The notes under the pieces are model-generated. The model was given only the letters and a program-made list of their open reading frames with translations. It had not been told where the DNA came from and made no database searches. Positions 19,822 through 28,740 of a stretch of DNA of 64,000 nucleotides are shown piece after piece (positions within the stretch are counted from its first letter, which is position 1; every line of letters begins with the position of its first letter). Source of the stretch: Candidatus Hermodarchaeota archaeon (lineage in GTDB: Archaea > Asgardarchaeota > Thorarchaeia > Thorarchaeales > Thorarchaeaceae); contig JBHLLF010000003.1 in the NCBI GenBank assembly GCA_048885865.1, forward strand, positions 96,001 through 160,000, given 5' to 3'. Both the position numbers and the translations under genes were made by a program.

Positions 19822-19962
19822 ATGAAGCTAATTACGCTTCATGTCCCTGAGCAGTACATAGAAGGTCTTGAGAAGTTGGTCGACAACAAGCTCTATCCAA
19901 ACAGGTCTGAGGCCATTCGTATTGCTATACGAGACCTCTTGAAGAGAGAGCTCTGGGGCTAG
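19822..19962 (+). CDS. CdrS-like ribbon-helix-helix regulator, copy 2 (46 aa, absent from ORF track)
   Basis: Manual translation MKLITLHVPEQYIEGLEKLVDNKLYPNRSEAIRIAIRDLLKRELWG; 39/46 identical to copy 1. Confidence 0.88.
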   Translation: MKLITLHVPEQYIEGLEKLVDNKLYPNRSEAIRIAIRDLLKRELWG

Positions 19963-20013
19963 AAGCACATTTGGATTTGGCGCCAGCGAAAAAAAGATAC
20001 GAGCCCAATTTAG

Positions 20014-20053
20014 GCATCCGAGATTGATTGAAAAGCGCTTTTTCTTCGGATGC
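20014..20053. repeat. Nested inverted repeat in intergenic region
   Basis: GCATCCGA...TCGGATGC enclosing the palindrome AAAAGCGCTTTT (20031-20042). Confidence 0.5.
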
Positions 20054-20197
20054 AATGTCGACTTCAAGTCGTGCTTTATTTACAGACAGATACAAAATTT
20101 AATATGGCCTCATATAATATAATCAATGGCAGGCGGGAACCTGCTAGACCTCGCGACTCGGAGTTTGGCTGCAACATCGACCAGGAGCATCATGTGA

Positions 20198-21169
20198 ATG
20201 GGACTAGACTCAACCGCCATGGCGGGACCTTTGAGTGGCAATAATCGCTTTGTGAAGGGATGCCCCTGTCTCAAAGAGTTCGGCAGTGAGAAGGTCTGCC
20301 TGAACAATGATGATGTTGTCCCAATTGTCACTATCGCAGTCGATCCAATGTTCCTGGGAGAAGCCACAACACCCGCGGAACTTGCTAATCTCAAGAGCGA
20401 CAATGAGAGTATGTGCTACCTTCTGATTTTTCTTGATGCTGATGCTGATCATACCCATTGTATTAGCCAGGGCCAGAAAATTCGGATTAATTCACAAGAT
20501 GTCAAGGCCTCTGAGATTCTTGCCGCTCTCCAATTTGTAACTACTGCGGAACAGGCAAGTGATGGCATTGCGTGCTCTTCTTGCCTCTACAAGTATCTTG
20601 TCACACTTGGAGAGACGTTTGACGATGTGCTTTCGGAAGCCGAACGTTCAGAGTTAATTTCTGCCTATGTGAAGAATATCACGTCTCAGATGGCTACAGA
20701 GCTGATTGGGAGCGATAAAACAACAGACCCAGAAATGATCGATGAACTTGTAAGCAGTCGAATCAGCAAGCTCCTCACCTTGAGAATAACTTGGGCATCA
20801 ATTCTGCATGACCTCAATAAAGACAATGGTGACAGAAAACTCATTGACCTAATTCGACGCTATAGACAGCTAGCGAGATTTGAAACAATATTCCTCTTTC
20901 AAGTTTCGACCCTGAGGGAGTCAGAAGACAAAGAGGTATCCCTCGGTCTCTTGAGATTCATGGTGGATGTTGCAGAGCGTATTGTCAGACTGATTTCATT
21001 AATCAGAGATTCGACACACTCTGTGGCAGAGTCCAATAATGTGCCAGAACACATACGTGATCTCTTGGACGAGCAAATCGAAGATCGCAATCGAACAGAA
21101 GAGTGGTTCACAAATCTTGTGAAATTGCTTAATACGATTGAGATACGCACGGCACAAAAATCCTCATAA
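20198..21169 (+). CDS. Hypothetical Cys-motif protein, paralog A
   Basis: GCPC, KVCLNND, DPM, CY, CISQG, CSSCLYKYL; helical C-terminus. Confidence 0.8.
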   Translation: MGLDSTAMAGPLSGNNRFVKGCPCLKEFGSEKVCLNNDDVVPIVTIAVDPMFLGEATTPAELANLKSDNESMCYLLIFLDADADHTHCISQGQKIRINSQDVKASEILAALQFVTTAEQASDGIACSSCLYKYLVTLGETFDDVLSEAERSELISAYVKNITSQMATELIGSDKTTDPEMIDELVSSRISKLLTLRITWASILHDLNKDNGDRKLIDLIRRYRQLARFETIFLFQVSTLRESEDKEVSLGLLRFMVDVAERIVRLISLIRDSTHSVAESNNVPEHIRDLLDEQIEDRNRTEEWFTNLVKLLNTIEIRTAQKSS

Positions 21170-21227
21170 ACGTGAGCGTCACTGAGAAGTGAGGTTAAGT
21201 AAAAGACCTGCTAGATAGAAATCGTAA

Positions 21228-22211
21228 ATGGAGCCCGATGGAGTGACTGTAGGACTGAATGATGGGCAGAGCCAGAGTCAAATAAAGCTGGTCAGAGGCT
21301 GTCCATGCTACAAGGTCTTCGGTGATGAGAAGCTTTGTGTCAATGATGACAAGGTCCTCGAAGTTGAGGCCATCGAGATAGATCCCATGCTCTTTTCGTA
21401 TCATAAGACCAGAGAGAGCATGAAGGCCGAAGAGGCCATGGATGACAATGTATGCTATACAGCAATCTTCGTCAACCATCCGGACAATAGGGTTTTTTGT
21501 ATCTCTCAAGGGTGGGTTCTTAGAATCCATGGAAGGAATGTTCCGGGCGACGACTTGGAAGATGCATTGCAGTTCCTTTCGACGAAGGACCTCTCAGCGA
21601 GTGCCGAGATATGTTCCGAATGCCTCTACAAATTCCTACTCACCCTTTCGGACAAATTTGCAGACACGATGTCAAAGAAGGAGAAGACTGACGAAGTAAA
21701 GCGCTATGTTGACAAGTTTTCGCTCATGATAGCTGTAAAAGCGAGCCAAACTGACAAGATGATGGAGCCGATAGGAACTGAGGATGATATTGAGGAAGGT
21801 GTCGATCACTTCGAATTCCTTAGGAAGTACCTTGTGCAGCTCCTTGAACAGCAGCAGTCCTGGACCGAGCTTTTGAGCGAGTTCTCTGATGAAACAGATA
21901 TTTGGCTACGAAACATTGTAGAGATGAGAGTCCGCCTAGCTAGACTGGAGTATCAATTCTACAGTCAGACACTACAGATAAGAGACATAAACGACTTCAA
22001 TATGCTAATCAAAATGCTCCAGTTCATACTCAAGACATCCAGCGACATTCTGAATCTGAATGATGAAATTCATTCGGAGATACGATCCAAGAAATTCTGC
22101 AAGGAAGCCGAGTCAGACTCCAGATTAGATATTCTGGCATCCTATGGGGACAAGAGTAGAACAGTTGAGCACAACTTCGGGAATATTCTTCAAATCCTCA
22201 GCAAGCTGTGA
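21228..22211 (+). CDS. Hypothetical Cys-motif protein, paralog B
   Basis: GCPC, KLCVNDD, DPM, CY, CISQG, CSECLYKFL; collinear with paralog A. Confidence 0.82.
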   Translation: MEPDGVTVGLNDGQSQSQIKLVRGCPCYKVFGDEKLCVNDDKVLEVEAIEIDPMLFSYHKTRESMKAEEAMDDNVCYTAIFVNHPDNRVFCISQGWVLRIHGRNVPGDDLEDALQFLSTKDLSASAEICSECLYKFLLTLSDKFADTMSKKEKTDEVKRYVDKFSLMIAVKASQTDKMMEPIGTEDDIEEGVDHFEFLRKYLVQLLEQQQSWTELLSEFSDETDIWLRNIVEMRVRLARLEYQFYSQTLQIRDINDFNMLIKMLQFILKTSSDILNLNDEIHSEIRSKKFCKEAESDSRLDILASYGDKSRTVEHNFGNILQILSKL

Positions 22212-22231
22212 TTCTGCATTTCCATGCAATA

Positions 22232-23182
22232 CTACTTGAGTGCGCCGAAGGTTTCCACAAGCCAGTTTAGGTATAGCTTCACTCCTTGCTTCAGAGAGAC
22301 CTCTTGTTTCCAGCCAGCTTTTCGTAGCAATCCAACATCTAGGTCAGTAAGCAGCACATCTCCGGACCAACCACGTTCAGATCCGGTGTAGTGGATTTCA
22401 ACCTCGGTTTCAGTGAGCTCTTCAGCAACCAGCTCAGCAATTTCTCTAACCTTTAGTCGTTCTCCTGAACCCACGTTGACTGGTGTGTACCCCGAACTCA
22501 AATTCTCAGCTAATGTGACAGTCGCATTGATAGCATCTGTCACATACATGTAGGATTTCTCTTGAAGGCCAGTTCCTAGGACTTCGAGTCGATTCGGATT
22601 CTCCTTTAGTTTCTCATAGAAATCAAAAATCACGCCATGAGTCAGTCGGGGTCCAATTATGTTTGCCAGTCTTAGACTTACGGAATCAAATCCATACAAT
22701 TCCGAATACGATGAGAGATACATTTCAACGGCACACTTTGCTGCCCCATAATTGCTGATGGGCTTGAGCGGGGTTGATTCAGGTGTAGGCAGAATTTCTG
22801 AATCACCGTATACAGTCCCTCCAGAGGATGCAAACACAATTTCGGTAACATCATTCATTCTCATAGCCTCCATTATCTGGAGACTTCCTTGCACATTTAT
22901 CCCGAAATCCAATAGCGGTTGAGCTATGCTGAGCCTTACGTCTGGCTGTGCGGCAAAATGATAGACAATGTCAACACCATTCATTACTTGGGATATATCA
23001 TCCTCAGAGGTGATTGAGCCATTCACAAACAGGAACTTGACGTTGTCTTCGTGTTGCCGAAGGTTATTCATGAGCCCACTTGAAAGGTCATCTAGCACAA
23101 CCACCTCGTTTTCTATCAATAGACGATCAACGAGATGGCTTCCAAGAAAGCCAGCTCCACCAGTCACCAGTATTCTTGCCAT
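22232..23182 (-). CDS. NAD-dependent epimerase/dehydratase (UDP-glucose 4-epimerase-like)
   Basis: VTGGAGFLG, ASSGGTVYG, YGAAK (YxxxK). Confidence 0.9.
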   Translation of the reverse strand: MARILVTGGAGFLGSHLVDRLLIENEVVVLDDLSSGLMNNLRQHEDNVKFLFVNGSITSEDDISQVMNGVDIVYHFAAQPDVRLSIAQPLLDFGINVQGSLQIMEAMRMNDVTEIVFASSGGTVYGDSEILPTPESTPLKPISNYGAAKCAVEMYLSSYSELYGFDSVSLRLANIIGPRLTHGVIFDFYEKLKENPNRLEVLGTGLQEKSYMYVTDAINATVTLAENLSSGYTPVNVGSGERLKVREIAELVAEELTETEVEIHYTGSERGWSGDVLLTDLDVGLLRKAGWKQEVSLKQGVKLYLNWLVETFGALK

Positions 23183-23224
23183 TGCATTCAGTCCGCAAGT
23201 TCTTAACTTTGGCATTAAGTTTTG

Positions 23225-23800
23225 CTAGGTCGTGAAACGTGTATCGGAAAGGATGGTTTCAATCAGCAACAAAGCACTGGGAGTTTCTTGATTTTCATTC
23301 CATTCTGATACGAATTCGCGGTATAACGATAATTCTCTCAAGATGTCGAATGATATATCCTCAAGTTCGTCAATTCCAATTTCAGTTCCCGCACCCAAGC
23401 CCGGACAAATCTCTTTCACTGCGCTCAAGCCCCACGTAGTTTCGCCCTCTTTCTCTTGAAACACAAAAGGAAATGACCTGCAGACTCCAGGTCTAAACTG
23501 ATGAATCATGCATAGATCGTCTGACAAGAATATACATTCATTATTTTCCATTTTGCGGAGAGCCATATACGCCGCTCCATGTTCAGTGTTCACAGAAGGT
23601 ATATCCCTCATACCTACGGGCGGGTTACCACCATTTTCTGGTAGCAAATAGAAGTCCAATGCACGAAGTGTCTCGGATGCAGACATACCCAAGAAGAGTG
23701 ATAGTCGGACTATGTCATTGCCGGTGACAGTCACTAGAAGCTCCTCCTCCCTACAACAGGCTCCGCATTTTGTACACTCGAAATGGACCTTAGTTCCCAG
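23225..23800 (-). CDS. YkgJ-family cysteine-cluster protein
   Basis: Frame extends upstream of the tracked ORF to CTG 23800 (GAGGTGG SD), adding FECTKCGACC; then CIFL, CMIHQFRPGVCRSFPF, CPG. Confidence 0.85.
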   Translation of the reverse strand: MGTKVHFECTKCGACCREEELLVTVTGNDIVRLSLFLGMSASETLRALDFYLLPENGGNPPVGMRDIPSVNTEHGAAYMALRKMENNECIFLSDDLCMIHQFRPGVCRSFPFVFQEKEGETTWGLSAVKEICPGLGAGTEIGIDELEDISFDILRELSLYREFVSEWNENQETPSALLLIETILSDTRFTT

Positions 23801-23859
23801 ATTTAGCCACCTCTCTCTGCACTAACAATCTCGCCTCTTAAAGGAAGGCAAAGCACAAA

Positions 23860-25026
23860 TCAGCTTAATGAAGGTAGAAATGCCTCTAGCGAATCCAACC
23901 CCTGCTCTATTGTTTCTTGAGACGCGGCATAACAGAACCGCAGATAACCGTCAAACGCTCTTCCAAATACCGAACCAGAAGCAGTGGAAACGCCTGCTTT
24001 CATAAGAAGCAACTCGGCGATTGTATTGCTGCTTAGACCATAGGCACTGAAGTCTGGAAATGCGTAGAAAGCACCTTCTGGCATTTCGCACTCGACATCT
24101 TCTATATCGCGAAGCCGCTCGACCATATAGTTCCGACGAGCTTCGTAAGCTTCCCGCATTTTAGTGATATGACTCTGGTCACTCTCTAATGCCACAGCGC
24201 CCGCATATTGCACAAATGATGTAGGACATGAAGTAGTGTTCTGTTGTATCCGCACCATATTCCCGATTGTTTCAGGATTCCCGATTGCATATCCGAGGCG
24301 CCAACCAGTCATACTGTAGGCCTTGGAGAATCCACTAATTACAAGTGTATGCTCCATGGCTGGATCCACCTCAAGCATGGATGATTGCTTAAAGCCATCA
24401 TAAACAAGCGACTCGTAAATCTCATCACTGAACACGACAAAATCGTAGTCTGTGGCAAGTTCATAGATGAGCTTCAGGTGGTCCTTGGAAAGAACTCCCC
24501 CAGATGGATTATTGGGGGTATTGATGATGATGGCTGTTACGCTCTTGTTGACACTGCACTTCAGTGCTTCTTCATCCAGTTTATACCCAGGCAAAGTTGA
24601 AACATCCCTTGGTTTCCCACCTGCCATTCGGACTAGCACGCGATACGTGGGCCAAGCAGGAGATAGAAGGAGCACATCATCACCTGCATCAAGCGTGCTC
24701 AGAAAGCCCTTGAATAGAGCCATCTTTGCTCCAGGAGTCACTATCACATCTTTTCGCCCATCGATTTCAATGCCTCGAGTTGCATAATGATTCTGGATAG
24801 CATCAAGTAGTTGCGGTATCCCCCGAGATGAGGTATATTTTGTGAGGCCTTTGCTTAGAGCAGTATTTGCCGCTTCCACGATATGGGGAGGGGTGGGGAA
24901 ATCTGGCTGTCCCACTTCGAAATGGTATACGGTCTTCCCCTTGGCTTCCAATCGGGAAGCCAGCTCAAACATCTTCAGGGTTCCAGAAGGCGGTATTCGT
25001 TCCATATGATGGCTTGTCCAGTCCAT
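23860..25026 (-). CDS. PLP-dependent aminotransferase class I/II (aspartate aminotransferase-like)
   Basis: GQPDF, NTPNNPSG, SDEIY, SGFSKAYSMTGWRLG. Confidence 0.92.
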   Translation of the reverse strand: MDWTSHHMERIPPSGTLKMFELASRLEAKGKTVYHFEVGQPDFPTPPHIVEAANTALSKGLTKYTSSRGIPQLLDAIQNHYATRGIEIDGRKDVIVTPGAKMALFKGFLSTLDAGDDVLLLSPAWPTYRVLVRMAGGKPRDVSTLPGYKLDEEALKCSVNKSVTAIIINTPNNPSGGVLSKDHLKLIYELATDYDFVVFSDEIYESLVYDGFKQSSMLEVDPAMEHTLVISGFSKAYSMTGWRLGYAIGNPETIGNMVRIQQNTTSCPTSFVQYAGAVALESDQSHITKMREAYEARRNYMVERLRDIEDVECEMPEGAFYAFPDFSAYGLSSNTIAELLLMKAGVSTASGSVFGRAFDGYLRFCYAASQETIEQGLDSLEAFLPSLS

Positions 25027-25122
25027 ACGTCATGCCTCACCTTTATCTTCACGACACTCAGTCGAGAGCGTCCAGAGAAATGCGCGCTGGCTTCTAGAAC
25101 TAATATTACTTCCGGCGTGATA

Positions 25123-25950
25123 CTATAGAATCATTCGCTCCGACAGAATGTGCTTCTGATGTTCTGTGCCTCTGACTTCGATCCGATCAAGAAGCGCCTC
25201 GCCAAGGCCTAGGTCATAAGCATGTTTGAGATAAGGCACCTTCATCGAGTCTAAACCAAATAGACCAGCACAGTAAGAGTCCACCGCAACTGGATCTACA
25301 CCGACGACTACGCCACCAACTTTCATGCTTCGTCCAGTACGCCTCTTCCCTATTACAACCTCAGACAGGTCTATGACTGTCAAATTCGGACGAAATGCGC
25401 TCAGAAGATCAAGCAAGACAGATTCTAGGTGAGAATGTAGTTCCTGCTTTTCCACCTCTGGCAACAGACCAAAGAGATTCTTTATCCCGCCCCAAATCAA
25501 GCCTTCATCCGGGCGAAATTTGAGGGTCGCGACATTAACGAGAAAAAGGGGATCTTTGAGTGCTTGAGGCATTTTGTGAGGTGTGGAGAAGTGATGACCT
25601 GGCATAGCAATTGGTTCGAGTGTATCAAGTGAAAGATTGAACAGCTTAACACTCTCGGTAGCAAGATCCCTGTATCCGAGTTTCGAGTAGGCATCCTCAA
25701 CAGTCCTGTATGGATTATTACTCTCTACGAGTAGCACCTCAGTATTGTTCTCAAAAAGGCCAACGACTGCTCTTATCACTTCAAGGGAAGTATTTCCTGG
25801 AAATTCCGGATCAAGAATTGAGGGCTTTATAACAACGCGTGTTTCAGTCCCTGTAATGGGTAGGGGTTGCGTTAGCTTTGACAGAGCAGTTGCAAGAGCT
25901 TGGCGCGGATTCTTCTTTACAGCTATTGCGACTTCTGCTGAAGTGCCCAT
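25123..25950 (-). CDS. DUF362 domain protein
   Basis: VVIKP, GGIKNLFG, DPVAVD. Confidence 0.75.
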   Translation of the reverse strand: MGTSAEVAIAVKKNPRQALATALSKLTQPLPITGTETRVVIKPSILDPEFPGNTSLEVIRAVVGLFENNTEVLLVESNNPYRTVEDAYSKLGYRDLATESVKLFNLSLDTLEPIAMPGHHFSTPHKMPQALKDPLFLVNVATLKFRPDEGLIWGGIKNLFGLLPEVEKQELHSHLESVLLDLLSAFRPNLTVIDLSEVVIGKRRTGRSMKVGGVVVGVDPVAVDSYCAGLFGLDSMKVPYLKHAYDLGLGEALLDRIEVRGTEHQKHILSERMIL

Positions 25951-26000
25951 AGGTTTGACGTGGAGTCCAAGGCTTTAAGTGAGTCTATCCGTAGGACTGA

Positions 26001-26768
26001 TTGAAAATGAGCCTCAGACCAGACCAGCTTGAAAGGTACTCTAGAAACCTCAAGTTACATGATTTCAGCGAGAAGGACCAGCTAGCGCTGGGAAACACCG
26101 TAGTATCTATGGCTGGTGCCGGGGGAATTGGCAGCCCAGTGCTAAGACTCTTGGCTTCAATGGGATTTGGTGTGGTACGCATAATTGATGCAGACGCAGT
26201 CGAGCTATCCAATATCCAGCGACAGAATCTCTACAACACTGATGACATTGGGAACAAGAAGGCTGAGTGTGCTGCAGCGAATCTTGCTCTCCTTAATCCC
26301 GAAGCGGAATTCATTCCCATAGTGGAGCAAATTGATCATAGAAATGCCGAGGATATCCTACAAGGATCAAATCTCATTTTGGATGGATTGGACTCCTTTG
26401 AAGCGCGTCGTGCTGTTAACGAAGTCAGTGTGAAAAGGGGAATACCATATGTTTTTGCAGGAGCGGTTGAGTATTTTGCCAATCTATCCACCTTTATACC
26501 AGGTATTACCGGTTGCCTAAACTGCGTAATGGGGGAAGCGAAAGACCATCCAGATAGAACCGCAGCTGCAATTGGTGTATCGCCTGAGCTGCTCTCAGTG
26601 GTGGCCGGAATAGAAGTGAGAGAAGCAGTGCTTCTGGCTCTCCAACGTGAACCAAATCTGGCAAGAAAGCTCATGACAATAGACATTAGCTCCTTGAGCT
26701 TTGATATCTTCGAGATCACTAGATCTGAAACATGCAGTGTCTGTGGTCAATCAAGTGCCAAAGAATAG
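26001..26768 (+). CDS. ThiF/MoeB/E1-like adenylyltransferase
   Basis: RYSR, GAGGIG, DAVELSNIQRQ, CLNC and CSVC Zn motifs. Confidence 0.9.
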   Translation: MKMSLRPDQLERYSRNLKLHDFSEKDQLALGNTVVSMAGAGGIGSPVLRLLASMGFGVVRIIDADAVELSNIQRQNLYNTDDIGNKKAECAAANLALLNPEAEFIPIVEQIDHRNAEDILQGSNLILDGLDSFEARRAVNEVSVKRGIPYVFAGAVEYFANLSTFIPGITGCLNCVMGEAKDHPDRTAAAIGVSPELLSVVAGIEVREAVLLALQREPNLARKLMTIDISSLSFDIFEITRSETCSVCGQSSAKE

Positions 26769-27689
26769 ACGCCTGGCTCTCCTTCTGCGCTCTTCCTCAG
26801 TTTCATCGGTTTCTGGAGGCGGGGGCGGCGGCGGAGGCTTCACCGTCGGAGGATCTTCCGACTCTTCAGGGGCCTCTTCATCTTCAGCATCTGTCGAGGC
26901 AGATTCATCATCTTCATACTCGTCTTGAAGTGGCGGCTCGTCATATGGACTCCATAATTCACGCCTAGGTGCGGCCACTGACTGGGATTCTTCAGCGCTT
27001 GGAGGCGACTCTAAAATCTCTAAGACATCATCATAGGTTTCGACTTCTAGGTCTTCATCCTCCGGAGGCATTAGCTCGTCATCGTCTGCTTCAGCCAACA
27101 CCGCCCTCATGACGTCTTCCGGCGTGGAGGGCACTGCCTTTTTGCCATCTTCCTTGTCGATTATAGGAGCTGGTTCATCCAACGGAAAGTCAGCAAGGAA
27201 GTCTCGTTTTACTCCCTCAAATGCGAGCTCATCTTCTGACATGGATTCCTCTGCACCTACAAATGTTTCAACCTCATCTATGGAAACTGGTTCGGAGGGT
27301 GGCATCTCAGGTTCATCTCTGATCACTTCTAAAGTATCAGGTTCACCTGTTGGCTCCATGGTAACCAGTTCCTCATCGATTTCTGATATATCTTCAACCT
27401 CTGGCTCGACGTCTGGGATTGGTTCCTCGAAATGCGCTGGTTCTTCGATTTCTCGTGGCTCATCTACCTCAGGATCATCTGAACCATACTTCATTCCCAG
27501 CTCCTTGCCTAGGCAGGACTCACATCGTTTTGCCGCAGCTACCAATCCCTCAGCTAAGAAATCATCAATAGTCTTGGCTTCCTTTGGATGCTTTCGCGCC
27601 CACCGCAGAAATGAATCTACCATTCGAAGTGCATCACGGACGCCCATCCAGTAATTGTCATCTCTTTCCTCTGAGGACACATGTGCCAC
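26751..27689 (-). CDS. Acidic, disordered, polyproline-containing hypothetical protein
   Basis: Helical N-terminus with CESC, long E/D/P-rich region, KPPPPPPPPE, C-terminal EEERRRRARRLFFGT. Confidence 0.8.
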   Translation of the reverse strand: MAHVSSEERDDNYWMGVRDALRMVDSFLRWARKHPKEAKTIDDFLAEGLVAAAKRCESCLGKELGMKYGSDDPEVDEPREIEEPAHFEEPIPDVEPEVEDISEIDEELVTMEPTGEPDTLEVIRDEPEMPPSEPVSIDEVETFVGAEESMSEDELAFEGVKRDFLADFPLDEPAPIIDKEDGKKAVPSTPEDVMRAVLAEADDDELMPPEDEDLEVETYDDVLEILESPPSAEESQSVAAPRRELWSPYDEPPLQDEYEDDESASTDAEDEEAPEESEDPPTVKPPPPPPPPETDETEEERRRRARRLFFGT

Positions 27690-27754
27690 CTACTTGCTTC
27701 AGTTATTAAAACGGAATAAAGGCTTTGTATCATACAGCAGTTACATTTCACACC

Positions 27755-28213
27755 TTATTCTTGTGTTGAGAGGGCAAGAATCTCTTCCATCAGTTCATCA
27801 AGTAGGTTTTGGATCTCTGTTCTTTTGAATTCATCAATATCTGAGCCTACACAGATGACTCTTGTGGGAATGCCTTCACCTAGATTCTCACGAATTTCGT
27901 TCCTATACATCGTTTCGATTTCAGGATCAGCATCTTTCAAGACGATGATAACACCAGTTGCCCCTTTGTAAGTAAGCGATAACAGGATATCAAGTGCAGA
28001 ATGCTTTGGAGACATGAAGAGTGTGGATACATCCGAATCCTCCCACTCCATCTTTACAGCTCCTATGCGAATGCCATCGACAGACATCACTTGTTCGTTG
28101 AACACGCCCAAGACCTGCTCCAACAGTCCATCCTCAGGACCAACTACTGTTACTTTGAAGAGATAGCGCGACTTCTCTTTCTTTTTCTTCGTTGATTTCT
28201 TCTTAGGTGACAT
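27755..28213 (-). CDS. Degenerate small-GTPase-like protein
   Basis: YLFKVTVVG and YKGATGVIIV resemble Rab/Ras strands; GxxxxGKS, DxxG and NKxD are absent. Confidence 0.55.
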   Translation of the reverse strand: MSPKKKSTKKKKEKSRYLFKVTVVGPEDGLLEQVLGVFNEQVMSVDGIRIGAVKMEWEDSDVSTLFMSPKHSALDILLSLTYKGATGVIIVLKDADPEIETMYRNEIRENLGEGIPTRVICVGSDIDEFKRTEIQNLLDELMEEILALSTQE

Positions 28214-28371
28214 TCCGGCACCCCTCGTTATTGTTGAGTATATGGCGTGACTCAACAAACACTGATTTCTGACAGCCCCTTGATTGATATGTGTTGTGTG
28301 AACTTAGAATCTCTAAGAGGCGTATAGATTCTTAAGCCCCGTATAGGGGATTGCATATTGAGGCGATATCG

Positions 28372-28719
28372 ATGGCATCAGTTGCAGAGGTCTTCGAGGC
28401 CTTGAAACCTGTTCAGGACCCAGAACATCCCATTAGTATAACAGATCCCAGAATGGCCATTGTCAAAGAGGAATACATATCCATAACAGAAGAGGGAATT
28501 CAAGTCAAATTCAAGCCAACTGTTCCCCATTGTCCGATGGGAGGGCTAATTGGAATCTTGATACGCCATCACCTTGAAGAAATATATCCGGAAAGTGCTG
28601 TTTCTGTTAAGGTGCTACCAGGTTCGCACTCAAGAGAGCAGGAAGTCAATTCGATGATATCGGATGACGCAAAGTATACTGCAATCGTCCAGCAATTGAA
28701 GGAACGCGGAATGCTCTAG
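28372..28719 (+). CDS. Fe-S cluster assembly protein, DUF59/MIP18 (FAM96/CIA2-like)
   Basis: VQDPEHP, FKPTVPHCPMGGLIG, PGSH...VN. Confidence 0.85.
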   Translation: MASVAEVFEALKPVQDPEHPISITDPRMAIVKEEYISITEEGIQVKFKPTVPHCPMGGLIGILIRHHLEEIYPESAVSVKVLPGSHSREQEVNSMISDDAKYTAIVQQLKERGML

Positions 28720-28740
28720 AATATCGAGCATCCTTTTAGT

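Noticed and set aside
19814-19825. Mini-ORF ATG AGA AAA TGA overlapping the second RHH start
   Set aside because: Three codons only; could reflect translational coupling but cannot be distinguished from chance.
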